Positions 47,988-58,201 of a DNA stretch of 64,000 nt are shown here, in pieces (position 1 is the first letter of the stretch; each line of letters opens with the position of its first letter). A program made the translations under genes and the position numbers. This DNA comes from an uncultured virus (IMG/VR IMGVR_UViG_3300045996_002278) (lineage: Duplodnaviria; Heunggongvirae; Uroviricota; Caudoviricetes). The stretch lies in the IMG/VR virus record IMGVR_UViG_3300045996_002278; one strand, 5' to 3'. Below the pieces are notes generated by a model that saw nothing but the letters and a program-made list of their open reading frames with translations, did no database searches and was not told the origin of the DNA.

Positions 47988-49148
47988 TTAGCTCTCGAGA
48001 CGAACCGCGAGGTTCTCGTTCAGCACCTTTACGCCCCAGAGGGCGTCAATGCGGACGTAGACGTTCGCGTTGATCGCGTCGTACCAGAGAGTGGCACGAA
48101 GCGCGAGCTGGGTGATGGGGTCAGAGACCGAGGAGATCCGGGCTCCCATCCCGTCGCCAAGCTCCGGCAGGGGCGCCATCGCCAGAGCGAAGGCATGCCG
48201 GTGGAAGGCCAGGTTCTGCGCCTTCCCGGTCGTCACGTCGAACGTCACGACCTGGTTGTCCACGACCGCCGCGACCAGCTTCGGCGCGAAGGTCACCGAG
48301 GCGAACTCGCCAGAACCGTTGGCGGTCTCGGCTTCGGTCACGACGTACTTCTGGGGAGTCCCATCGGGCGCCGTGTGCCCGGTGATGGTGAAGGTGTCAC
48401 CCACGGCGAGGGTGCCGGCGGCAGTGACGCCGTCAATCGCCATGGTGGTGGTACCGGCGGCGTAACCAGCGAGAAGGTTCACCGCGCCAGCCGCGTCGGC
48501 CAGGGAGCCGGCGGTGTGGGTCTGGACGTTCTGGTTCGCGAACACCTCGAACCCAACGACCGTACCCAGCTCACCGCGGAGACGACCAGCCTGGTCGCCA
48601 CGCTTGTCGGCCTCGTGGAAGAGGGACAGCGAGAGGTAGTCGTTCTCACGCTCGCCGTTGATCTCGAGGTGAAGGTCGTCCATCCGAGCCTTCATATCGA
48701 ACAGGATCTGGCGGACGCCAGTGAAGTCCGTGAAGGCGCCAGGGTTGGCGGCGGTGTAGCGCCAGGGGATGTACTTGTACAGCCCGTTGAGGGACAGGTC
48801 AATCTTGTCCGCGACCGCAACCACCGCCGGGCGGATGTGCTCGTCGATGATCTGCTCGGTGGTGTACGCCAGTTCCTTGTCGGTGACCTTGAACTGGACG
48901 CCGTGCCACTGGTCGAGCGTGATGGCCACCGCATCCGGGTTGATGTCGGACGTGTTGACCGCGGAGATCGGCATCGCCTGGGCGGTGAAGGTACCCGGCC
49001 GGCGGATGTTGATCGTGGAGCCCTTCTCCTGGGGCGACTTCTCGTAGCCCCGGTGAACCCGCGACGCCATACCCAGCGCCTTCTCAAGCTGGATCAGCGC
49101 TTCCTGGGCGTAGAAGAGGGGATCGTATAGCCCAAGGTTGTTCGCCAT
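47988..49148 (-). CDS. major capsid protein (P22 coat-like)
   Basis: KGSTINIRRP, IRPA...VADKID, QNLAFHRHAFALA, RIDALWGVK. Confidence 0.9.
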   Translation of the reverse strand: MANNLGLYDPLFYAQEALIQLEKALGMASRVHRGYEKSPQEKGSTINIRRPGTFTAQAMPISAVNTSDINPDAVAITLDQWHGVQFKVTDKELAYTTEQIIDEHIRPAVVAVADKIDLSLNGLYKYIPWRYTAANPGAFTDFTGVRQILFDMKARMDDLHLEINGERENDYLSLSLFHEADKRGDQAGRLRGELGTVVGFEVFANQNVQTHTAGSLADAAGAVNLLAGYAAGTTTMAIDGVTAAGTLAVGDTFTITGHTAPDGTPQKYVVTEAETANGSGEFASVTFAPKLVAAVVDNQVVTFDVTTGKAQNLAFHRHAFALAMAPLPELGDGMGARISSVSDPITQLALRATLWYDAINANVYVRIDALWGVKVLNENLAVRLES

Positions 49149-49206
49149 GTTTCAGTCTCCTTTGCGACGTTCCCGAGCCTACGACCCGTCGCGCGGTTTC
49201 GCAGGC

Positions 49207-49983
49207 CTAGTCGATGAACTCGATCCGGGCGCCGCTCTTCGCGGCCTTCTCCCGGGCGGCACGATACTTCTGGGGATCGCGGGCGTCGGCGCGGGGAATC
49301 CGCAGCACACCACCCTGAACATCGCTGCCCGTCCCGGCCGGCTTGGCGCCAGGGCCATCCTGCCTGGTCGGCTTCACGAAGTCCTTGTTGGCCGGGTCAT
49401 CCAGCCATTCGGTCATGAACTCCTCGACGGTCTTGTACGGCGCGGCGCCGGTAGTGGAGTACTGGAAGCCGTCACCCTTCCGCACGAACCACTTGTCGTG
49501 CTCCTCGCTGTACCCGAACACCCTGTCGAGCATGTTCACGATCGCCGGCGGTGCGTCACCCAGCTTCTTGAGCAGAACGTCCTGGGCGCGTCCACCGGTT
49601 GCAGCCAAGATCTCGGCGTGCAGTTCCTTCTGGTTTTTCTTCTCGATCAGCTTCGTCGCTGCGTCGAGCTTCGTCTTGATCGGATTGAGGTGCTTGACCT
49701 CGTACTCGTTCTTGACGCGCTCAACTTCCTTCTGAAGATCCTTCGCGGCCGCATCGGGGTTGAGCCCGTGCTTCTCCATAAAGGTCTTCTTGAACTCGGC
49801 ATCCTCCAGCAGTTCCTCAGGCTTCCGATAGCCCTGGTTCTTGATGATGGCGCCGGTTCGCTTGGTCAGCTCCGCCTCGAACGTGCCCTTCGGAATGTGG
49901 GTCTCCGCCAGCTTGTCGTTCGGGGTCCAACCGTCGAGCTTCTCTACCTCGTGTTCCTGATCACCGATCTTGACCTTCGGCAT
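49207..49983 (-). CDS. capsid scaffolding protein
   Basis: Charged helical protein directly upstream of the capsid gene; start MPKVKIG after GAGGAG. Confidence 0.7.
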   Translation of the reverse strand: MPKVKIGDQEHEVEKLDGWTPNDKLAETHIPKGTFEAELTKRTGAIIKNQGYRKPEELLEDAEFKKTFMEKHGLNPDAAAKDLQKEVERVKNEYEVKHLNPIKTKLDAATKLIEKKNQKELHAEILAATGGRAQDVLLKKLGDAPPAIVNMLDRVFGYSEEHDKWFVRKGDGFQYSTTGAAPYKTVEEFMTEWLDDPANKDFVKPTRQDGPGAKPAGTGSDVQGGVLRIPRADARDPQKYRAAREKAAKSGARIEFID

Positions 49984-50145
49984 AACCCGTGACTCCTCGT
50001 TGGTATGGGGCGGAAGAGGGAACCGCCTCCCTGCGACACCCGTTTGTTTCAAGACGGTCTCGGGGGCCGTCACGAAGGGCAAGCCTACCACAATCCGGAG
50101 CTCGGATGGGAATAGCCCTTAGTTAGGAGGCTTCTGCGACTCTTT

Positions 50146-51234
50146 TCACTTCATCAGATCGCGGGTACGGGCTGAGACGGGATGGACCGCCACGCCCCGC
50201 AAAGATTGCGCTAGCTGTTTTTTGATCAGCTCCGCGCGGGCGGGAGTGATGTTCTCAGGGAAGACCAAGGCAGATTCAGTGAACTGCAGGCCTGGTTCGG
50301 GCTTAGCCTCCCCTGCTCGGTATGCAGGGCGAACAATGGGGACGATCTCACACCGGTCGTGTGGATGTGGTGGAAGGGGTACAAGCGCGATCGGGTACAC
50401 ACCTGGACCAAGCCCGTAGTAATCTCCTCGCGCGAGATAGTCACAGACGTCGGGGATTCGAGTACTTCCACGAGAACCGGATGTTCGCCATCCCACTGCA
50501 GCGACAAGTGGGTCGGCAGCGTACCACTGTCGCTCGGCTTCGTGTCGGGCGTTGTGGATCTCGGAGTAGGCGATCCGGTCGGCTTGAAAGAGTAGACGCT
50601 TAGCCGCTTGTTCAAAACCCGGAGTACGGAGGATAGGATCAACCAGGTCGGTGCGCCCAAAAGCACGGTGAAAGTCCTCTGCCCCCTGGACATAGGGACG
50701 TAGACGGCGGGACAGCTCCTCGGGACGCATCCCCCGAAGCAGGGCCTCTCGAACGATGACATGTGTCTCGGCTACCGCGCTCCGGCCGTACCCGGTCAGA
50801 AGTGTACGCCAATGGCGGCTCGGTGCCCCGAGGGCTTCAAAGGCGCCAGCCAGGGTGAGTTCGGGTCGTGGTACCCCGGGCACTAAATCGCGTGGCAGCC
50901 GGACCCGTCTCGCGGCTTCTAGACCGGCGGCACGCCAGATCTCGAGAACCTCTTGGAAGCTAGCGGTACGGTGCTCCCCTACGATCCGGAACATCAGGGC
51001 TTGCAGCCGTGTCGCTAGGCGGTTAATCTCCTCCTGAGCCCGGCGGACCTGTCGGTACCGGACTAGCTCGGAGTCTGAGTGGGGAAGGTCAGCGAGGAAC
51101 CCCGCGAGTTCCTCGCCGTAGCTGCGGAGGGCTTGGGCCAAGGCCCGGAGGGCACGGTGGGAGAGGTCCGACTCCTGAGCCCGCGCCAGTTCCTGCGCGA
51201 CGCGGTACTCAGGGGGATTGGTGCGTGGGATCAC
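50146..51234 (-). CDS. minor head / MuF-like morphogenesis protein
   Basis: RIAYSEI..A, DVCD.LA..D.YGLG.GVYP, PHPHDRC. Confidence 0.75.
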   Translation of the reverse strand: MIPRTNPPEYRVAQELARAQESDLSHRALRALAQALRSYGEELAGFLADLPHSDSELVRYRQVRRAQEEINRLATRLQALMFRIVGEHRTASFQEVLEIWRAAGLEAARRVRLPRDLVPGVPRPELTLAGAFEALGAPSRHWRTLLTGYGRSAVAETHVIVREALLRGMRPEELSRRLRPYVQGAEDFHRAFGRTDLVDPILRTPGFEQAAKRLLFQADRIAYSEIHNARHEAERQWYAADPLVAAVGWRTSGSRGSTRIPDVCDYLARGDYYGLGPGVYPIALVPLPPHPHDRCEIVPIVRPAYRAGEAKPEPGLQFTESALVFPENITPARAELIKKQLAQSLRGVAVHPVSARTRDLMK

Positions 51235-51235
51235 G

Positions 51236-51946
51236 TTAAACCTGGGACTCCTGCAGCCAGGCCTGGTAGAGGGTTTCACACTCCGGAATGTTCCAGGAGT
51301 TATACATCTTCACCCGGCGTCCCGACTTCAGGACGGCGAACGAGCAGTACTGGGTCATGTTCCGGGCACGCGGCACCGAGTCCTGGTGGGTGGCGTAGAC
51401 GATACCCAGGGGATGCTCCGGGCGAGGTGCCTCCCGGAGGACCACCTTGACCACCGAGTCGATGACGGGTTCCACGGCCGGCCGGCTCCACTCCCAGGCC
51501 CAGCAGTTCGAACCGAGGACCAGTCCCTCGGGAATCGTCTTGCCGGAGGCAGATTTGACCTGGCCGCACTGCTTGAAGGTCGCGGTCTCGCCGTACCCCT
51601 GGGCCGCCACGTAAGCGGAGTCGGTGGGACGTGGGTCGTCGTTGGTGAAGGTCCGCTTCCGGGTCAGGGCCGACTGCACCGAGTCGTTCCGGTAGTAGGT
51701 CACGACCAGGGTGTCCCGGGTCGTCATGTTCCGGAGGTAGAACCGACCCTTGAGCTTGACCGTGGTGTCGGCGCCGAGGATGACCTCGGCGGTGGCCTCG
51801 CTCATCACCATGCCGGGCTTCGGCTTGGGGGCGGAAGCAACGGGCTCGGACGGCATGGCCAGACTGCCCATCCCGGTGCCGAACATCCCGGCCGCCGCCA
51901 CCATCGAGAAAGCCACCGTGTAAGAAGAGAGGCGAAGCAGCTTCAT
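51236..51946 (-). CDS. exported/membrane protein of unknown function
   Basis: N-terminal hydrophobic signal; four Cys in two putative pairs. Confidence 0.6.
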   Translation of the reverse strand: MKLLRLSSYTVAFSMVAAAGMFGTGMGSLAMPSEPVASAPKPKPGMVMSEATAEVILGADTTVKLKGRFYLRNMTTRDTLVVTYYRNDSVQSALTRKRTFTNDDPRPTDSAYVAAQGYGETATFKQCGQVKSASGKTIPEGLVLGSNCWAWEWSRPAVEPVIDSVVKVVLREAPRPEHPLGIVYATHQDSVPRARNMTQYCSFAVLKSGRRVKMYNSWNIPECETLYQAWLQESQV

Positions 51947-51950
51947 GGGA

Positions 51951-52160
51951 CTACTCCTTGGTTGGGGTTTCGGCCGTTGCCAGCCAGGCCAGGGCTGCAC
52001 CCGCAGCTCTGGAGACGATGCCCAGGATCAGGCCCACGGCGACGGTCCGGGTCAGGTTGAGAGAACCCGAGGTCAGCTGAATGCCGACGTCAGCCATCGA
52101 GCCGAACAGGGACACCAGGGTTGAGTGCAGCATCTTCTTCTGCAGGCTCGTCAGCTTCAT
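51951..52160 (-). CDS. small membrane protein (holin-like)
   Basis: Two hydrophobic segments in 69 aa. Confidence 0.5.
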   Translation of the reverse strand: MKLTSLQKKMLHSTLVSLFGSMADVGIQLTSGSLNLTRTVAVGLILGIVSRAAGAALAWLATAETPTKE

Positions 52161-52456
52161 TCCTCTTCCTCCTCGTCCTCGGGGTCAGGGTCATCGTCGT
52201 CGGCGTGCATGCCGGCGAATACTTCGAAGGCCATGGTGAGATCACTGACCTCGTTGATGAGGCAGTTCATCTGCCAGGACATCATGGCCTCCATCCTGGT
52301 GAAACCGCGCTTCTCGAACTCAGGCCAGATGACCTCGGTAAAGTTGTCCAGAAAGCTCTGCCACTCTGGACTCTTGATCTGGTGTTCCATGTCGGCGCGG
52401 TCCTCGATCCTACTCAGTAAGTCTTCCGTCGGCTGATGGAATGGGGTCTCGGGCAT
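52157..52456 (-). CDS. acidic hypothetical protein
   Basis: 99 aa with a poly-D/E tail. Confidence 0.6.
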   Translation of the reverse strand: MPETPFHQPTEDLLSRIEDRADMEHQIKSPEWQSFLDNFTEVIWPEFEKRGFTRMEAMMSWQMNCLINEVSDLTMAFEVFAGMHADDDDPDPEDEEEEE

Positions 52457-54161
52457 GCTCCGACCCTCCAGACTCAGGTTGCGTTCTGGGAGACGTAGTC
52501 GATGTCCGGAAGGTCTGGGCTTCCAGGCTGGCAGCCTCTTCCTTCGCGGTCACCAGCTCGATGACCTTTTTCCGTACGTCCTCTTCGCTCAGCTTGCTCC
52601 CATCCGTGAACATCCCCAGGGAGGTGAGAATACGGACGACGACTTCGGCCTGTGCCTCGGCCGGTACGGACAAGGTGGTCAGGTGGTCGAGCAGCGATTC
52701 CTGCGCTTCTGTCGTATCGAGTGCCGCCTTGATGTCGTTCTCTTCGACCGGCAGCCCTTCCCACTTGAGCATCTGCTTGATGATCGCGACCTTGGCGCCC
52801 CGGCCGGCCGGGATCGGCTCGGTTCCGAAGTACCGCTTCTGGGTCCGCTCCATCACCGAGTGGATGTCGAACGGCATGAAGTCCTCGGACCGTTCCACGG
52901 TAAAGCCACCCAGCTCCTTAAAGGCCCGGTCCTTGAACTCGGCCTGTTCGATCAGCAACCCGGCCTTGGCCTCGGCGCCCTCGAGGGAGGCCTTGAGCAG
53001 GGTAAGGTAGGCTCCGGCGCCAGCCGCCACGTCCTGCCGGACCTCGGTGGCGGTCACCCGCTCCCGGGCCGAGTCGCCGTACTCCCGGAAGCCCGAGATG
53101 AACAGATCTTTGGTCTTGCGATCGGTCTGCTCCGCCGCCTGCTTGGCGGGGGCCACGTCGGCCGTGATGTAGTGGTGGCCGGACTCCCCCTTCTCGTTCT
53201 GGAGGATGTTGTCACCCTTTAGCAGCGACTTCTCCACCGCCTGGAACGTCTCTTCACCGCCCATGATGTTGAGCTTCGGGAAGTTCGCCGTCCAGAGAAT
53301 CCAGTCGATGCTGGACTCGAGATTGAAGATGGCGCAAGCCTTCCGGGCCAGGCTGTAGCCTACCATCCGCTTCATCGTGATGTCGACCGGGAAGATCGGG
53401 AGGCAGGCCCGGCCCATGCTGTCCAGGTAGCTGTAGCTCCCGGACGCCCCTGGACCTTCCATCTTAATGGCGTTGCCTTCCTTGTCCCGCTTCCACCGGG
53501 TCCACCCGTCAAGGTCGAACTTGAGGAACTGTTCCTCGAGCAGCTCGGGGTCGTCCTGGATGGAACCCCGGATGTCGGTCTTTTCCCTCAGCAGCACCGT
53601 GGTCCCGTCATCCAGCCAGTTCGGGACGTCCAGCACGTTGACCACCCGGACGGTGGCCAGGCCCGGAACGTCCACCAGCACCCAGGACTTGTGATAGGCA
53701 GTCAGCTCGAGCGCCAGGTCCTTCCAGATGGTCAGCCAGCCGTGGCCGTTGCCGTCGGCGTCCTTGAGCAACCGGGAGGCGACCGAGTTGGGATCGGTCT
53801 CGTCGCCCAGCCCCTTCTTGTCCTTGACGCCGTTGTGCCACTTGCGGGTGGTGTTCGGCTCGGTCATGAAGAGGATGCCGGCCAGGCTGTCGACCAGCAT
53901 CCCGAAGTGGTTGGTGTAGTCCGCGATCCTCACCCGCTCGTTGTAACTGACCTCGGGCTCCCCCTGGCTTTTCTTGACCAGATAGCTCCGAATCCGATCC
54001 TCGAGTAGGAGGTCACCGGTGTAGAGGTCCCGGATGTACTGCCAGCGCTCCTTCTTCTCCTTGTACTCCTTGTGCTCGTAGTCCAGCCAGCTCTTCGGGG
54101 AAAGGTGGCCACCCGCCGCGTCGCTGGTGATGTCCTTCAGGCCGATCGTTGGTGTGGTCAT
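52410..54161 (-). CDS. portal protein (DUF4055-like)
   Basis: W..IRDLY.G, YL.K...E....Y..R...A.Y.N, TATE; follows TerL. Confidence 0.8.
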   Translation of the reverse strand: MTTPTIGLKDITSDAAGGHLSPKSWLDYEHKEYKEKKERWQYIRDLYTGDLLLEDRIRSYLVKKSQGEPEVSYNERVRIADYTNHFGMLVDSLAGILFMTEPNTTRKWHNGVKDKKGLGDETDPNSVASRLLKDADGNGHGWLTIWKDLALELTAYHKSWVLVDVPGLATVRVVNVLDVPNWLDDGTTVLLREKTDIRGSIQDDPELLEEQFLKFDLDGWTRWKRDKEGNAIKMEGPGASGSYSYLDSMGRACLPIFPVDITMKRMVGYSLARKACAIFNLESSIDWILWTANFPKLNIMGGEETFQAVEKSLLKGDNILQNEKGESGHHYITADVAPAKQAAEQTDRKTKDLFISGFREYGDSARERVTATEVRQDVAAGAGAYLTLLKASLEGAEAKAGLLIEQAEFKDRAFKELGGFTVERSEDFMPFDIHSVMERTQKRYFGTEPIPAGRGAKVAIIKQMLKWEGLPVEENDIKAALDTTEAQESLLDHLTTLSVPAEAQAEVVVRILTSLGMFTDGSKLSEEDVRKKVIELVTAKEEAASLEAQTFRTSTTSPRTQPESGGSEHARDPIPSADGRLTE

Positions 54162-54541
54162 TCGACTCTCCCACAGGCTCGGGACAGGGCGCGTGCCGCC
54201 CTCAGGGCTAAGATCTCATTCCGCCGCTGTTCCGCGGCCTCGTAGCTTGGCATCAGGCAGATCGGGAGCCCGTTCGTGGACTCCAGCTCGTAGCCCGTCC
54301 AAACGATCGCGCCCTCTTCACAGTCGTACGGGAGCGAGTAGCTGCCGTCCGGCCGCTGCAACCGAAACATGCAGGGCGCCAGAATGAGGTAGTAGTATCG
54401 GCCCTCAGGATCGGGTGCGGGGGACCTCGGATGCCACCCATCAAGTTCGAGCAGCTTGTGGAAATTAGAGCAAGGTAAAAGCTCGCTCATCTCCTTAGCC
54501 GTGAACTCCGGCATGTGGGGAGAGTTATTGACCGTGGTCAT
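54158..54541 (-). CDS. hypothetical protein
   Basis: 127-aa ORF between TerL and portal, with ATGA overlaps. Confidence 0.55.
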   Translation of the reverse strand: MTTVNNSPHMPEFTAKEMSELLPCSNFHKLLELDGWHPRSPAPDPEGRYYYLILAPCMFRLQRPDGSYSLPYDCEEGAIVWTGYELESTNGLPICLMPSYEAAEQRRNEILALRAARALSRACGRVE

Positions 54542-56085
54542 AGGGGAACGGACGCACCGCCGATGGTAGCCCCGAACGAGACTTGTCTAATAAAGTTCCA
54601 GTACACCGCCGAGTCGCCCTTGTCCGGCGACCGCTTGAGCTTTTTACGAATTTCTTCTTTATCCTCGATGTAGATCTTTCCTCCCCTTACACCCCACCTT
54701 ACTACCGTGAGGTCCTGGAGAAGCTCGTCATCGTCTGGTAGGGCGATCTTGCCTTCCTGGACATCGAGCCGCATGATCCAGTACATCTGGGCACGGAGGT
54801 TGAGGAACTTTTCAGACTTGGTACGCCGTAGCTCGAGGGGCTTGGCCCCGCCGTTGAGGCCCACGATGTGGATGCCCAACCGGGTCAGCTCATTGACCGC
54901 CGAGCCACCCACGCCGATCGGGTCACACCCGACCCGGCGGGCGCGAATGCCGCCCGACTGAATCCAGGGGTGAACATCCCGTCTGGCCCACGCCGCCGCA
55001 TCGGGACAGGGCTTGGGGATCAGCTCGAGGAGGACGGCGCCCTTGCCACGGGCTACGCAGCTCTTGTCGCCCTTGGGGCTGTTGGCGACGTCTAGCCCGA
55101 GCGCGGCCTCGCCCTTCTCCTGCAGGAGCTGCCGTTCCTCGACCGACTTGTTAACGCACTTCTGGAGCCAGTCCCGGCGGATCAGGGAGTCGGTCGCCTG
55201 CTGCGGCGACTGGCCGCGGACACGGGAGAGGTAGAGGTTGGACTCCTCACCGTACTCGACCTTCCGCTCCTCCACCTTCTGGAAGGACACGGCGCCCGGA
55301 ATCATCTGCTCCTTCGTCACCACGTTCGGGTGGTCCAGGGCGGAGATGACGACGTGGGTGACGTTGTCTCGCTCGCAGAACTGGTGAAGGGTGTCGAACT
55401 GGTTGTCCGGGTTGCCCAGCCCCAGGATCAGGTTGTGGGGGTCCACGCAGGTGTTCACCACGGCGGTGAGCACGGCGTTGTCGATACCCGGCATTTCCTC
55501 CATGATGAACAGCATGTGAGCCGCGTGGAAGCCCTGGGCCTTGGTGGCGGACTCTTCGTCCGCACCGACGCCCACCGGGAAGCCCAGCATGATCCATTCG
55601 TCTCGCATCGGGCGGACCCGGATGCGCATGGTGTCCAGGGTGGCGTTGGGTCGCCGTGCCTGGAACCGTGGCCAAAGGGACTGGATTTCCTTCCACAGGT
55701 TCAGCTTGAGCTGGTCAGCCTTCGGTGCGAGGGTGATGATGAGGCTGTTCTCGAAGGCGTCGAGGAACCACAGCCCGATGCCGGCGGCCAGGCGGGTCTT
55801 GCCCGTCCCGGTGCCGGACTCGACACCCACCCACTTGCCGTTGGACAGCTCGTCGCAGATAACCTTGAGGGGGTTGACCGACCCGTCCCACTCCCGGTTC
55901 TGGTACTCCGGGAGGAGGGTCCAGTCCAGGCTCCATGGGTCGAACTTCAGGACTTCGGTGAGGTAGAGGTAGGCGGACTTCTTGTGCCGGGCCGCGGTAA
56001 TGGTCCGGTTCTTCCGGCTCTCTCCACCTTCGAGGGAGACGCAGAAGTCATCCAACACCCGGTTGAACAGGGTATCGTCGCCCAC
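54538..56085 (-). CDS. terL: terminase large subunit
   Basis: SGTGTGKT, Walker B FIMEE, LGNP, GLDVA, D.IGVG, NLRAQMY, SPDKGDS. Confidence 0.92.
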   Translation of the reverse strand: MGDDTLFNRVLDDFCVSLEGGESRKNRTITAARHKKSAYLYLTEVLKFDPWSLDWTLLPEYQNREWDGSVNPLKVICDELSNGKWVGVESGTGTGKTRLAAGIGLWFLDAFENSLIITLAPKADQLKLNLWKEIQSLWPRFQARRPNATLDTMRIRVRPMRDEWIMLGFPVGVGADEESATKAQGFHAAHMLFIMEEMPGIDNAVLTAVVNTCVDPHNLILGLGNPDNQFDTLHQFCERDNVTHVVISALDHPNVVTKEQMIPGAVSFQKVEERKVEYGEESNLYLSRVRGQSPQQATDSLIRRDWLQKCVNKSVEERQLLQEKGEAALGLDVANSPKGDKSCVARGKGAVLLELIPKPCPDAAAWARRDVHPWIQSGGIRARRVGCDPIGVGGSAVNELTRLGIHIVGLNGGAKPLELRRTKSEKFLNLRAQMYWIMRLDVQEGKIALPDDDELLQDLTVVRWGVRGGKIYIEDKEEIRKKLKRSPDKGDSAVYWNFIRQVSFGATIGGASVPL

Positions 56086-56569
56086 TTAGGCGTCTCTCCA
56101 ACCCTGCCAGCGCCAGTTGACACCGTAGATACTGCAGCCGACGAGGATGCCTGCCCCGATGTTGGACCATTCGAAGCGTGACTGAAGCTCTGGGGGCGGT
56201 GGTCCGCCCCACGAGGCGAGCTTGCCGATGTAGAGGGAATGGAACCACCAGCCCCCGGGCGCGCGGGCGATCATTACTCCTCCGCCTTCAGGAACAGGTC
56301 GTTGAACTCGTCTTCCTTGAGGTGGGTGATCTTTCCATGGGGGTGGAAGATCAGCCACTCGTACAGCATGACCTTCTGGGACCAAAGGCCGGTGGGACCG
56401 GGATACTCGGCAAAGAGGATGGCCGCCGTCTCAAAGCTCGAGCCCAGCACGGCCGGGTCGAACCGGAGGCGGACCCCCTGGTGCATCAGCCACCGCCGGG
56501 TATCGGCCGGCAGGTAACGATCCAGCTCAACCGCCTTGTAGCGGATGGCCTTGGGGATAACGGTCTGGA

Positions 56570-56830
56570 TCATCGGCTCCTCCGATACCGGTGCTTGGTG
56601 TGCCACCACAGCTGAAAGAAGCCGAGCTGCCAGATGTACAGGCATGAGTCCAGCCTCGGCAGAATCCAGAGCTTGTAGAAGTATGGCAGCCGGACCACGT
56701 GGATGGTTGTCCGACCGGAGATGATGTCCTCGAGCCGGTAGATCAGGAGCCAGAGCCACCAGCACACCAACCCGGTGGCCACCCAGTACAAGGTCCAGAT
56801 AACGTCCGGGTTGATGTCGACGTGGATCAC
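56570..56830 (-). CDS. small membrane protein
   Basis: Trp-rich TM segment; 4-nt overlaps. Confidence 0.5.
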   Translation of the reverse strand: MIHVDINPDVIWTLYWVATGLVCWWLWLLIYRLEDIISGRTTIHVVRLPYFYKLWILPRLDSCLYIWQLGFFQLWWHTKHRYRRSR

Positions 56831-56999
56831 CCCAGCTCCTTGATCAGCTTCTCGATCCGGAGATAGTGGTTCAGCGCGGCCTTCAGCTCGGGGCTGGGAT
56901 TGCGCTGGTCCATGGCCGCGTCCACCAGCCGCAGCCGCGCCTGGGTCATCCGACCCTTGAGCGACTGGCGCTGGTGGTAGGTGGCGCGATCGCCGGGGG

Positions 57000-57269
57000 T
57001 CACTTGGCGTTGACCGTCTTGACCAGCTGCTCCCACTCGATGCGGGCAGCCTCGAGGTTCTTCTGGACCCGGGCCAGGAGCTCGATCACGTCAGTCGGCA
57101 CCCCGTTCACCGGGTACTTCAGCTTGATCCGATCCTCCGCCCACTTGTCCAGCTGGCCCAGGCTCTGGGTAAAGGAATCCGTCGCCCCCTGGCTCAGGGG
57201 GTCCGCCGGCGTCTGCTGCATCGGGTTCCCCTGGACCTGATTGATCGAGCCCGCTACCTTCCCCTCCAT
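57000..57269 (-). CDS. hypothetical protein
   Basis: GGAGG RBS; overlaps the TerS tail. Confidence 0.5.
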   Translation of the reverse strand: MEGKVAGSINQVQGNPMQQTPADPLSQGATDSFTQSLGQLDKWAEDRIKLKYPVNGVPTDVIELLARVQKNLEAARIEWEQLVKTVNAK

Positions 57270-58056
57270 CTTCGCCTCCCTCGTTAAGAATGATTTCGTC
57301 CAGCTGCCCGGTCAGTTGCTCCTGCGTCCGGCTGGGCAGCTCGGGCCGGTTGGCCAGGTGCCGGATGCGACGGGTTAGGGCCGACAGGATGTGGGGGTCG
57401 TGAACCTCCTCCACGATCGCCTGTTGGATCAGCCCCATGAAGGTGATCATCTGCTTGCTGTTGATGTACGTCTGGAGGGCTTCCTCGCGCCGGCGCTCCG
57501 TGTCCGCCAGTTTGCGGCGCAGCTCGATCCATTCCTGGATCTCGGCCCAGTGCTGGTGGTCGGTCTTCTTCAGCTCTAGGGCAGATTCGAGCAGGGCAGT
57601 GCTGAGAAGAATATCCCCTAGCTTATTATCATCTACCGCTTTTCTGAGCTTGCGGATACCGTCAACGATCAGCTGCCAGGCGTGGGGAATCTCACCCGAC
57701 TCCAGTCGCTCAAGGAGTTCACCCACCCGGGCGTCGGTGAGCCGCATCTCGGCGTTAAGGGAGAGGAGGTCGTGATCTCCCGCGAAAGTGTCCAGCATCT
57801 CCACCAGGCGGGCTGGTATCTTCCGAGCGTAGCCGCGGCCGTAGAAGTGCTCGGGGCCAAAGTCGAACCTCCGGTCTACTGGTGTGGCGCCCCCGTGATG
57901 CTTGCAACGATCCCGGCCGGTGACCGGGTAGTTGTGGCAATAAAGATCTTCTCCGGTAGTACCACGCCCCTGAAGAACGGCGTTGCACCTGCCCGCGGCA
58001 GGCTTACGCTTGTCCATCCGGTTCTCGTGGTTGGGAGCTGGGACGTTGGTCGGCAT
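57091..58056 (-). CDS. putative terminase small subunit (HGGx-type Zn/DNA-binding N-terminus)
   Basis: C...C......RCKHHGGATP followed by a helical domain; first gene of the late operon. Confidence 0.65.
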   Translation of the reverse strand: MPTNVPAPNHENRMDKRKPAAGRCNAVLQGRGTTGEDLYCHNYPVTGRDRCKHHGGATPVDRRFDFGPEHFYGRGYARKIPARLVEMLDTFAGDHDLLSLNAEMRLTDARVGELLERLESGEIPHAWQLIVDGIRKLRKAVDDNKLGDILLSTALLESALELKKTDHQHWAEIQEWIELRRKLADTERRREEALQTYINSKQMITFMGLIQQAIVEEVHDPHILSALTRRIRHLANRPELPSRTQEQLTGQLDEIILNEGGEDGGEGSGLDQSGPGEPDAADAGGPPEPGGDGFLYPEPGPAGQVGGGSDQAEVPGERGAD

Positions 58057-58201
58057 GGGTAAGACTCTATGAACTGGTGGAGCTCGGATGACACCCCCTA
58101 GTTCAGGGTTTAGAGATCTTACTACACACTAGAGGAGGAAAGCTACAGAAATTTCTAGAAAAATTTTGGAGGGTGCCCCCTGGACCTGGGGCTGTATCCC
58201 G

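Noticed and set aside
48250..48530. Insertion within the major capsid protein
   Set aside because: Matches the usual accessory domain of P22-coat-like capsids; not unusual.
44797..49130. Long plus-strand ORFs (44797-46287, 47502-49130) and similar antisense ORFs elsewhere
   Set aside because: Shadow frames of GC-rich minus-strand genes, with no motifs or RBS.
49148..49209. Stop-codon readthrough fusing scaffold to capsid
   Set aside because: The capsid ATG is out of frame with the scaffold TAG (58-nt gap).
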